Shown: positions 41,277 to 49,429, numbered from the stretch's first letter. The stretch is 64,000 nucleotides of DNA from Arenicellales bacterium (GCA_028284225.1 JANQSD010000019.1:270762-334761), one strand, 5' to 3'. Notes: generated from the sequence alone by a model not told the origin. A program made the numbers and translations.

Positions 41277-41638
41277 GGCTTGCTGTGGTGATTCATAACC
41301 AGGCCCGCAACATGTTGAAATCTTGTTAATTGATACTTATCCCAATCTGAGTGTTAGTCATACATCCGGTACAGATTGTATTATAGGTTAGATGATTCCA
41401 TAAGGAATGTTTGGTTGATAATTCTGTTGAAATTTAACTTTGTCTCGTTCGTCAAAGACAATTATGGGAGACATTGAGCTTCTGGGGCGTTTGTTTCCCT
41501 GGATCCTATTAGCAACCGCTAACCCATCAGTTCCTAGAGGATTAAAGGAGAAGTCAGGTAGCTCGTTTACTGCAGTGCTATAAATATCTGATGATTGTAG
41601 GTAAACTTGTTCAATATTATTTAGATTAGAGATTTAAC

Positions 41639-42481
41639 ATGAGTGAAGGCACTTGCCTGTGTGGAAGTATTCGTTGGTCTGTTACTGCTCAACCCACAGG
41701 GTCCAGTCATTGTCACTGTTCGATGTGCCGTAAGGCACATGGTGCGGCATTTGGGACTTATAATACGGTTGACGCTGCCGGTTTTGAGTGGCTGACTGAC
41801 TTAGACACACTGAAAATATATGAGCCAGCACCCGATGCGGAAAGAGCGTTTTGTTCGCGCTGTGGATCGGTTGTACCTGATTTTAGTGAAGACGGTGAGA
41901 CAGCCTATGTACCGGCCGGTTCGCATAATGAAGGACCGGCGGTTGATATACATATATTCGTGGCCTCAAAAGCACCTTGGTTTGACATTACTGATGACTT
42001 ACCGCAGTATGCTGAATTTTCGTCTGATGAACAGTTACAGGTTCATCCGGATAAACCTCTTACAGACAAACCTGAAGGTGTAATACGCGGTAGTTGTTTA
42101 TGTAATGCTGTGCAGTTCGAGATTACTGAACCCTTCAAGTTTATTCACAATTGCCATTGCTCACGTTGCCGCAGAGCCCGCTCTGCGGCGTTTACGACAA
42201 ATGGCTTTACTTCTAGTGATGGTGTCAAATTTGTGAGCGGTGAATCAAATATCAAAATATATAAATTGCCGGAGGCCAAATTTTTCACACACGCTTTTTG
42301 TCAGACCTGCGGCTCAGGTGTGCCGCGTTTGGATGCAGACAGAGGTATTGCTGTAATTCCTTTAGGTTCGCTGGATGATGACCCAGGAGTTAAGCCTGAC
42401 GATCATATTTTTGTTGGAAGCAAAGCAGGCTGGTACGACATTACTGATGACCTGCCGCAGTTTGAGAAATATCCTGAATAG
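41639..42481 (+). CDS. Tandem double GFA-domain protein (glutathione-dependent formaldehyde-activating enzyme / CENP-V family)
   Basis: 280 aa. Two repeats of the Zn-Cys pattern: 'CLCGSIRW...CHCSMCRKAHGA...CSRCGS' and 'CLCNAVQF...CHCSRCRRARSA...CQTCGS'. Confidence 0.85.
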   Translation: MSEGTCLCGSIRWSVTAQPTGSSHCHCSMCRKAHGAAFGTYNTVDAAGFEWLTDLDTLKIYEPAPDAERAFCSRCGSVVPDFSEDGETAYVPAGSHNEGPAVDIHIFVASKAPWFDITDDLPQYAEFSSDEQLQVHPDKPLTDKPEGVIRGSCLCNAVQFEITEPFKFIHNCHCSRCRRARSAAFTTNGFTSSDGVKFVSGESNIKIYKLPEAKFFTHAFCQTCGSGVPRLDADRGIAVIPLGSLDDDPGVKPDDHIFVGSKAGWYDITDDLPQFEKYPE

Positions 42482-42489
42482 CATAAGGA

Positions 42490-42900
42490 GTGATGATGAG
42501 CACTATCAAAAAACCGGATGATCCTGAATCTGACCCTCGTGTGAAAGCGGTATTTGATGAAATCAGAGCACTCAGAGGAACCGATTATATAAACAATCTT
42601 TGGGTTTACTTGGCTTTCGATCCGCCTTTGCTGGAAGAAATCTGGCAAGGAGTGCGCGATGTGATGGCAAAGGAAACGCTAATTGATTTTAAAACCAAAG
42701 AAATGATCTATGTTGCTGTTTCTATTGCTAACTCCTGTAAATACTGCATTCATTCTCATACCGCAGCAGCCAAGGCGCGAGGAATGACTGATGAAGAGCA
42801 CGCAGAATTACTGCGCATTGTAACTACCGCTGGACGAACAAACCATCTGTTAAATGGTTTGAATATTCCAGTTGATGATGTGTTTGATACGGATACTTAG
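42490..42900 (+). CDS. Carboxymuconolactone decarboxylase / AhpD-like family protein
   Basis: 136 aa. 'CKYCIHSHT' matches the AhpD-type CxxC(x)H motif. Confidence 0.75.
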   Translation: MMMSTIKKPDDPESDPRVKAVFDEIRALRGTDYINNLWVYLAFDPPLLEEIWQGVRDVMAKETLIDFKTKEMIYVAVSIANSCKYCIHSHTAAAKARGMTDEEHAELLRIVTTAGRTNHLLNGLNIPVDDVFDTDT

Positions 42901-43050
42901 AACCTATATCAAGGAGATATAGACAGCTAAATTCAAGCTCTCTTGATCGATGGCCTCATAGGTTAAAGTAGTAATAAATGAAATAATTTAGATTCCTTCC
43001 GGAGCAACTAATACTTGTAACGCAGCTACAACTGGTTGTTAGGGGCGTTC

Positions 43051-43908
43051 TCACGCACCAGTAGAAATCTTTAATAATGTCTCTCGGGTTTGATTTAATC
43101 TGTTAATCAAATTCTGTTTTTGTGTGCCATCCAGGCTGCTTACCACGTCGGCGATAACTTGAGCAGCTATTTGCTGACTATGTTGATATTGCTCTGGGTT
43201 TTTAAGCTCTATTTGATCTTGATAAACCGCAAGGTGTTTTACTATGGTTTCACCAAAGTCAGCTTTTTGACGTTGGTATAACAAATCAATAAATTCAGCT
43301 TGCCATTTATTGTAAATTTCATGCCGTTCTCGCGGTTCGCTTTTAATTTGCTCAAGCCCGGTTTTAATGACTTGCTGCTGATTTTCGTTCAGGCTGATAT
43401 CCGCAATTCGCTTGGTGTTTTTAATAATCCGTTCAAGTCTGGCTTTGTCAGCACCATCTTGCTGCCGCTGTTGATACCATTTCTCAAACTCTTTGTCTTG
43501 CTCAAAAAAATGGTTTTCAATTTGTTTGACTTGTTGGTCAGTCAAGGTTTCAAAGAATCGGGGATGCTTGTAAATCGGTGAGTGTTCGAAACCAGCTCTG
43601 GCAAATTCACGGGCTTGTTTGAAATTATCCAACACCATCTGATAGGTCATGTTACCCTCAGATAACTGTATTGATAAGTTGTCGAGGAACTTAGCATAAC
43701 GCGGTAGTTCATTCTGTTTATGCCACTCGGTATATTCATCAACTGCCTGTTTTATCTGGGCTTTTTGTTCTTCTGTAAATGTCGCATAGGCAATAATGCG
43801 ATCATAAAGCTTAACATCAATCTCACCATAAAAATAACGTATCACCAGGCCATTAGCACTACAGCCTGTTAATAAAAGCAGGATCATTAAAATTGATATT
43901 CGTTTCAT
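43051..43908 (-). CDS. Lipoprotein of unknown function
   Basis: 285 aa. Lipobox 'LLLTGC' after a signal peptide. The remainder is helical and charged. Confidence 0.7.
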   Translation of the reverse strand: MKRISILMILLLLTGCSANGLVIRYFYGEIDVKLYDRIIAYATFTEEQKAQIKQAVDEYTEWHKQNELPRYAKFLDNLSIQLSEGNMTYQMVLDNFKQAREFARAGFEHSPIYKHPRFFETLTDQQVKQIENHFFEQDKEFEKWYQQRQQDGADKARLERIIKNTKRIADISLNENQQQVIKTGLEQIKSEPRERHEIYNKWQAEFIDLLYQRQKADFGETIVKHLAVYQDQIELKNPEQYQHSQQIAAQVIADVVSSLDGTQKQNLINRLNQTRETLLKISTGA

Positions 43909-43982
43909 GGTTTTATTAATGCTATTAATAATCTTGTTTTTTATTGCGAAGTTCTGGTTATTTTATTATTGATTGAAGAAAT

Positions 43983-44010
43983 AAAAAAGGCATGGCCATG
44001 AGGCCATGCC
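43983..44010 (-). terminator. Rho-independent terminator (minus strand)
   Basis: GGCATGGCC-ATGA-GGCCATGCC, preceded on the plus strand by AAAAAA (a U-run on the minus transcript). Confidence 0.8.
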
Positions 44011-44279
44011 TTAAACACAGAGAGGAGAGATTTACTGATGAACCTACCCACTAATGTTCATCATGGTTGGTAATATACATCAGGGTTATTGCCGACACTG
44101 TTAAATAAAGTTACAACTAGCAACTAAATTGTTAACAAATATTAAACCTAGATTCCTGAAGTGTGATACCGGCCTTAAAACCGGTCTAACTAAGGACTCC
44201 AGGTTAAAGCAATGATTAAAGATTACAAATGTGAAAAGTTGTCTGCATGCTGCGGTAAGCAGCTATAACAAATAAAGCG

Positions 44280-44900
44280 TTAAGAATTCATACTCACCAT
44301 CAAGAATCCTCCGAAAGCTGCGTTATTCGGAGCGATAGATGGATTGACCTGATTTTTCATGTCTAAAACTGCATCCCGGTATCCTTGATAAAATTCCCAT
44401 GTTGGTGCAGGCTTGTAAGTTAAATCTTCTAACTCAAAGTATTCAATTACACCCTTGGCGGTTGTCGGTTTAACGAAGACTTCTGTGTGCGGATAATAGT
44501 AATTAGGGATGATGGTTACAAGAGACCATTTTGCCAATTTTAACGGTCTAAGTACATCATTGATGGTTTCAAACCCCTTTTGCTGATTGCCATGTAAAAA
44601 ATTCTTTAAGCCATTGCTCAGTGATTTCAATTCTTTTTCCGGCAATACTTTGATTGCATCACGAAACTTAGGTTTTTCAAACATGGAAACCATGGAGGAA
44701 CGGCTAATAACTTTAGTCATGTTTTCAGTGATTGACCAGGCATCTCTAAATTTGCTTTTAGAGAAATTCTGCTGTGCAGATTCAATCATTTGATCCATTT
44801 TATGTTTCTTGCTGATTGCTTGTAAATCCGGGTGCAAAAACCCCCCTGGATATCTGTCCAAGAATTGAGTCTCAGCTTGTTTAAGTTTGGCAATGTTCAT
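44280..44900 (-). CDS. Hypothetical protein, no recognisable family
   Basis: 206-aa ORF, co-directional with rtcB. Soluble, with no motifs I can place. Confidence 0.6.
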   Translation of the reverse strand: MNIAKLKQAETQFLDRYPGGFLHPDLQAISKKHKMDQMIESAQQNFSKSKFRDAWSITENMTKVISRSSMVSMFEKPKFRDAIKVLPEKELKSLSNGLKNFLHGNQQKGFETINDVLRPLKLAKWSLVTIIPNYYYPHTEVFVKPTTAKGVIEYFELEDLTYKPAPTWEFYQGYRDAVLDMKNQVNPSIAPNNAAFGGFLMVSMNS

Positions 44901-44935
44901 CTGTTAGTTCAAAAATTCTTGTATTTTTATAATTA

Positions 44936-44978
44936 TACCCCGCCTGTCCTCCCCTGATAGGGGAGGACCCTGCGTTTC
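44936..44978. repeat. Family-C dispersed repeat, inverse copy of 36223-36266
   Basis: TACCCCGCCTGTCCTCCCCTGATAGGGGAGGACCCTGCGTTTC. Confidence 0.8.
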
Positions 44979-45210
44979 TCATCCTTTAAGGGGGAGTTAG
45001 AGGCAACGGCCTTAATTGGAATTTGGACCTGGCAGTCTTAGGTAAAGTTTAATAAAAATCCAGGAATCGTATGTTCTCCCCCTTTCAGGGGGAGTTAGAG
45101 GGAACGGCCTTAATTGGAATTTGGACCTGACAGTCTTAGGTAAAGTTTAATAAAAATTCAGGAATCGTATGTTCTCCCCCTTACAGGGGGAGTTAGAGGG
45201 GGTTAAACAT
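44979..45210. repeat. Tandem repeat, 98-bp period, about 2.3 copies
   Basis: GGGGGAGTTAGAGG recurs at 44990, 45088 and 45186. Units carry the hairpin CTCCCCC-TTTCA-GGGGGAG plus a conserved about 70-nt AT-rich tail ('cggccttaattggaatttggacctg[g/a]cagtcttaggtaaagtttaataaaaat'). Confidence 0.9.
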
Positions 45211-45292
45211 ACACCCCACTCTTACACAACAAAGATTAAACACGCTGCCGTGTTTAATAGTAGCCTTTATTTTCTTTGACATTTTCCTGTTC

Positions 45293-46240
45293 CTATAAAT
45301 TAATTGTTTTTAGTTCGTTCATCGACAGTTGATAAAAATCAATGTCGGGCTGACGACGAATTAATTGCTGATAACAGCGCTCACGTAACAAAAATTCCGG
45401 TGCTGCCCAGGTTTGTTTGAATGCAAACTTTCTGGGTAAATCTGTATAGATCGATCGCGGCGGCTGCCAGGTTTTAGACATTTTCTTCACCTGCCATCCG
45501 GATCTGGCCGTATGCATAAATAACCGATTAATACCGAGTTCTTGATAAATAAACCAGATAGTTGCCATCAGCATTGCTTCTGCCCAGACCTTCGTATAAT
45601 GGCTAAACCACTGCACATAGTTCATTTTGATTTTGCACTGTTGACACATACAGTTTTTATAGTAGTCAGCATTATCTTTTATGTTTCTGACTGCATCGGT
45701 CTGAATTTCTTCAATTAATGCTTCATTATGAGTAAAATCCACATCAATACGTGACCAGGCTAATGTGTCTCTGAACATGGCATTATTATCCGGTTTCTGT
45801 ACCGGGTGACATGACCAACGACCATTTAATGTGTCATTCCAGTCAGCATCCACCCATTTTTTATAGTTTTGAATATGTTGATTAGGCAGATTTAACTGCA
45901 AAACCAGATTCTCACCGAAACGTGAGGTTTGTTGCCAACCTCTATCACTGGTACCACCCCAACGACTCACAGATAACAAAAAGGGCAATGATGGTTCTTG
46001 CCAGATACCTTTAACCTTGTCCTGACATAACATCCCATCACCTGCATTTGCAACGACCTGCTTTAACGTTTGATGATCAAGCAAATTCTTGAATCGAGAT
46101 TTATTCAATATTGAAATTGAAGCTGTTCTCGGCAACAACATGCTCAATAACTTTGAGGCATATGCACCTTTAAAGTAACGATAATGCGTCTTACCTTGAG
46201 GTAAGCAATAGATAATTTCATCTACAAGTTTCTTGTCCAT
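45293..46240 (-). CDS. Hypothetical protein, no recognisable family (immediately downstream of rtcB)
   Basis: ATG at 46240 preceded by AAGGA (the longer ORF starts with TTG at 46264). 315 aa. Contains 'CMCQQC' (CxCxxC) and an acidic 'IDVDF...LIEEIQTD' stretch. Confidence 0.65.
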   Translation of the reverse strand: MDKKLVDEIIYCLPQGKTHYRYFKGAYASKLLSMLLPRTASISILNKSRFKNLLDHQTLKQVVANAGDGMLCQDKVKGIWQEPSLPFLLSVSRWGGTSDRGWQQTSRFGENLVLQLNLPNQHIQNYKKWVDADWNDTLNGRWSCHPVQKPDNNAMFRDTLAWSRIDVDFTHNEALIEEIQTDAVRNIKDNADYYKNCMCQQCKIKMNYVQWFSHYTKVWAEAMLMATIWFIYQELGINRLFMHTARSGWQVKKMSKTWQPPRSIYTDLPRKFAFKQTWAAPEFLLRERCYQQLIRRQPDIDFYQLSMNELKTINL

Positions 46241-46355
46241 TTTATATTTCCTTTTGCTTACCAAGTTAGTTGATAAGCGTCTATTCGTTTTTGCTATACA
46301 TATCTGTCTCTTAGTGGGTTAAAGGGTCTATCCTTGTCAGATAAACCCTTTGAGT

Positions 46356-47552
46356 CTAGCCTTTTACACAAACTACCTGCTTCAAAGTATGTACTACTTC
46401 AACCAAGTCAGTTTGATTTTCCATGACTTGATCAATGTCTTTATAGGCTGCCGGGATTTCATCAATCACGGCCTTGTCCTTGCGACATTCAACCCCTTGG
46501 GTTTGTTGCTCCAGGTCTTGCATACTGAAATGCTTTTTGGCCTGAGTTCGACTCATTAATCTTCCAGCGCCATGAGCACAGGAACAAAAGGAGTTCAAGT
46601 TTCCTTTGCCTCTAACAATATAGGATTTTGCACCCATGCTGCCCGGGATGATGCCGAGTTCGCCCTCACCGGCACGAATCGCACCTTTACGGGTGACAAA
46701 CACTGATTCACCAAAATGAAATTCTTCAGTAACATAGTTATGATGGCAATTGATTGCTTCTTTGGTGACTTTAAACTGCGGTAACCGCGATTTAAGCACC
46801 TGTAAAATTAATCGCATCATTTCCCGGCGATTAACCATGGCATATTCCTGAGCCCAGTCCACTGCTTCAATATAATCATCGAAGTGCTGTGTACCCTTAT
46901 TGAAGTAGGCCAGATCACGATCCGGTAAATTCATTTGAATTTTTTCCATATCGCGCCGGGCCATTTCAATAAAATAACGGCCGATTGCATTGCCAATACC
47001 ACGACTACCGGAATGCAGCATCACCCAGACATCATTGTTTTCATCCAGGCATAATTCAATAAAGTGATTACCACCACCCAACGTGCCCAGCTGGCGTATC
47101 CAGGTTTGATACGGCTTTTTTTGTTTACCCTTAAGCTTGGGATGCTTTTCCCAAATCAGCGATAAACCCTTAGATAAAGCCCGTATAGTTGAGTCAGAAA
47201 CCGCATCACGTTTATGCATGGCAAAACCTACCGGCACATCGCGTTCGACAGCACTGCGTAATCCACGCAAGTTATCCGGCAATTGATCAGCGTTTAAACT
47301 CAAGCGCACCGCATTCATGCCGCAACCTATATCTACACCCACCGCGGCTGGGATAATTGCACCCTTGGTCGGAATAACGGACCCTACAGTAGCGCCTATC
47401 CCACAATGCACATCAGGCATAGCGGCTACATGTGAGTGAATAAATGGCAATTGCGAAATATTCACTAGCTGCTCATAAGCGCTGGCTTCGATCTCATCGG
47501 TATAGATTTTGACCGGAACCCGTCCCTTAGTGATTACTTTTTGTATAGGCAT
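46356..47552 (-). CDS. rtcB: RNA 3'-phosphate/5'-OH ligase RtcB
   Basis: 398 aa. 'MPDVHCGIGATVG', 'GVDIGCGM', 'GGGNHFIE', 'HSGSRGIGN', 'CHHNY', 'SCAHGAGR'. AGGAG SD upstream. Confidence 0.93.
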   Translation of the reverse strand: MPIQKVITKGRVPVKIYTDEIEASAYEQLVNISQLPFIHSHVAAMPDVHCGIGATVGSVIPTKGAIIPAAVGVDIGCGMNAVRLSLNADQLPDNLRGLRSAVERDVPVGFAMHKRDAVSDSTIRALSKGLSLIWEKHPKLKGKQKKPYQTWIRQLGTLGGGNHFIELCLDENNDVWVMLHSGSRGIGNAIGRYFIEMARRDMEKIQMNLPDRDLAYFNKGTQHFDDYIEAVDWAQEYAMVNRREMMRLILQVLKSRLPQFKVTKEAINCHHNYVTEEFHFGESVFVTRKGAIRAGEGELGIIPGSMGAKSYIVRGKGNLNSFCSCAHGAGRLMSRTQAKKHFSMQDLEQQTQGVECRKDKAVIDEIPAAYKDIDQVMENQTDLVEVVHTLKQVVCVKG

Positions 47553-47603
47553 GATTGACTCCTATTACTAAAATCTTAAAAATTCTCATATTGTAGTGTG
47601 CAT

Positions 47604-47635
47604 AAAAAAACCTCGGTGTAATGGTCAACCGAGGT
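47604..47635 (-). terminator. Rho-independent terminator on the rtcB strand, 52 nt upstream of the rtcB ATG
   Basis: ACCTCGGT / ACCGAGGT 8-bp stem with a 10-nt loop, followed on the minus transcript by a 7-U run (plus-strand AAAAAAA at 47604-47610). Confidence 0.8.
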
Positions 47636-47800
47636 TTATAAACACTATTCAGAAGACCACTTGCGTAGCCTTCTTGAGACTACGACTAATTCATTTTATA
47701 TTTTTTGTTCGATGCAATAATCGGCACGCCGTTTTTACCAAGGCGAGCATGCTTACCACATGTATCCGTGGGCATGTACCGTAGGTCGTGTGCTAAGTAA
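47604..47800 (-). ncRNA. Candidate structured RNA / leader upstream of rtcB (class unknown)
   Basis: About 300-nt non-coding gap. It holds a 10-bp hairpin at 47651-47674 that is complete only in the minus-sense RNA (8 Watson-Crick + 2 G-U; the plus sense gives 2 A-C mismatches). The hairpin is capped by a GCAA (GNRA) tetraloop and followed directly by the terminator. Confidence 0.3.
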
Positions 47801-47915
47801 TTCAATTTTTGCGTTTTGTATTTCATAATGGGAGAGCAGTATAGTCAGACAAAAATCAATGTCAATTAATTTTTATGATTTTTTGTAATGTTACAAATGA
47901 TACTAAATTGGATTA

Positions 47916-48725
47916 TTAAAATAATAGCCAAATACCAATGCCAAGAAATCCCATGCCGGTAAGTTGGCCAAATAATGGGCCGCGGGCAAAAAGTTTTTCG
48001 ATTATTACGTATAGTGTTAGGCCAATTATCCAGTACACATCCATAATGCAAACAACAAATAGCAATCCCATCAGGAACCAGCAACATCCAAGGCAATAGG
48101 TTCCATGGTGCAGTCCCATCACTAAAGCCCCGGTGTTTCCAGGGCGCCGATGACGAGTTAGAAACTCAACAGGCGAGCGGCAATGCCGTAAACAAGCTTG
48201 CTTGATAGGAGTGCATTGCCAGACACCGGCTGCAATTAGAAGACCAGCAGCTAACGCCTTGCTGGAATTCTGCATCATATGCGTCATAACACCGTTATAT
48301 TCGAGCAACCATTGGCAACTAACCGCAATAAAGCTGAATAGTAACCAGGCAATTAAATACCCAAAAGTGAAAAATGAAGTTCTCCCGTATGGAGAGTTAG
48401 CAGCCTGGGAACGACGGTTGAGTGCCGCAGCCAGTAAAATAATTGGTGTGGCACTGGGTAGCATCATTGCGATCATCATAAGCCACCACATTGTCAGCAT
48501 AAGGATAAAGTAGCGAAAATCCCAGGGTGAATAATTTATAGTTTTTGCTGCAGAATCATTCAGAACTATCGCGGGCATATTCGTCATTTCAAATGCGTTC
48601 ATGCCCATGCCTACGCCTAACAAGGTGTATGTCCAGGCCAGTAGCATTACGATCAGTAAAGCGATGAAAACGGCGATACGATCGCGTTTTAAAATACGCT
48701 CTATAGGTTTAGACAGGCGATCCAT
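47916..48725 (-). CDS. DUF2182-family integral membrane protein (predicted metal-binding)
   Basis: 269 aa with about 6 TM segments. 'CLRHCRSP' and 'HGTYCLGCCW' motifs fit my memory of DUF2182. It is paired with DUF1326 upstream. Confidence 0.7.
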   Translation of the reverse strand: MDRLSKPIERILKRDRIAVFIALLIVMLLAWTYTLLGVGMGMNAFEMTNMPAIVLNDSAAKTINYSPWDFRYFILMLTMWWLMMIAMMLPSATPIILLAAALNRRSQAANSPYGRTSFFTFGYLIAWLLFSFIAVSCQWLLEYNGVMTHMMQNSSKALAAGLLIAAGVWQCTPIKQACLRHCRSPVEFLTRHRRPGNTGALVMGLHHGTYCLGCCWFLMGLLFVVCIMDVYWIIGLTLYVIIEKLFARGPLFGQLTGMGFLGIGIWLLF

Positions 48726-48790
48726 AAAACTGGATTACTAAGTAATAAGCGAGGTGCTTAAATGATATTCTGAGTTAACTTAGTAAACTT

Positions 48791-49429
48791 TTAATGCACA
48801 ATACCCGTACCGCTATGCCGTAACTCATTGAATTGGCCATAGCTGTTGACCAAATCAAGCTTGATAGCTGAATCAGTATTTGTTTTAGTGCTGGCACTAC
48901 CCATCTCCGCCACTTCATATTCAATCCCGTTAGGTATGACGATTTGTGCCCGATGTACTGCATCACTGGTATGGTCTGGACGAATAGGCTCACCGGTTGA
49001 AGAAAGTACACCCGGTATTTCAACTCTAGCGGTAACGTGTTCCATGTTAATTTCAAATTCAATCGGTTTATACAGTGTTGGGTGAACTGTATCTGACATC
49101 GCATGAAATACCCACCAATGCGTTGCCGCTTCGGCAGTTTCCTTGCCGTGTAAAACAGTTTCCAGTGCATGGCGTTGAGCGTCATTAGCCTGTTCATCGA
49201 TAATGGCTTGCAATTCGCCTTTGCCTTCTGAAATCAGCCCGGGCCAGGCATATAGCATGGCGATTTTTAAACCGGATAAATCAATGTCAGCGAAATGACC
49301 TTTGTCGATACGTAGTGTTTCAAAACCTCGGCAATTTCCATGCGTGGGGTCGGCTTCAAATTGGCAGGGGCAGCCGTAGGCGCAATTGCAATTGCCAAAT
49401 GCGATGCCTTCAATATACCAATCAATCAT
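48791..49429 (-). CDS. DUF1326-family protein (Cys-rich N-terminus)
   Basis: 212 aa. 'MIDWYIEGIAFGNCNCAYGCPCQFE' is the DUF1326 N-terminal signature as I recall it. Confidence 0.7.
   Translation of the reverse strand: MIDWYIEGIAFGNCNCAYGCPCQFEADPTHGNCRGFETLRIDKGHFADIDLSGLKIAMLYAWPGLISEGKGELQAIIDEQANDAQRHALETVLHGKETAEAATHWWVFHAMSDTVHPTLYKPIEFEINMEHVTARVEIPGVLSSTGEPIRPDHTSDAVHRAQIVIPNGIEYEVAEMGSASTKTNTDSAIKLDLVNSYGQFNELRHSGTGIVH

Noticed and set aside
41464-41580. 38-codon ORF (MGDIELLGRLFPW...) in the SBP56/GFA divergent region.
   Set aside because: It has no SD and no recognisable features, and it cannot be judged without comparative data.
44029-44064. 11-codon mini-ORF (MNLPTNVHHGW) with a strong GAGGAGAG SD, which might be a leader peptide.
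   Set aside because: No plus-strand gene lies downstream for it to regulate, and it sits between two minus-strand genes.
44979-45210. Possible CRISPR array.
   Set aside because: The 98-bp units are directly tandem, with no unique spacers. The repeat length and structure are wrong for CRISPR, and there are no cas genes in the window.
47715-47740. Sigma54-like promoter upstream of rtcB (minus-sense 'GGCGTGCCGATTATTGCA').
   Set aside because: The GG-to-GC spacing is 14 nt rather than the required 11. The -24 element is GGCGTG, not TGGCAC, and no RtcR-type activator is nearby.
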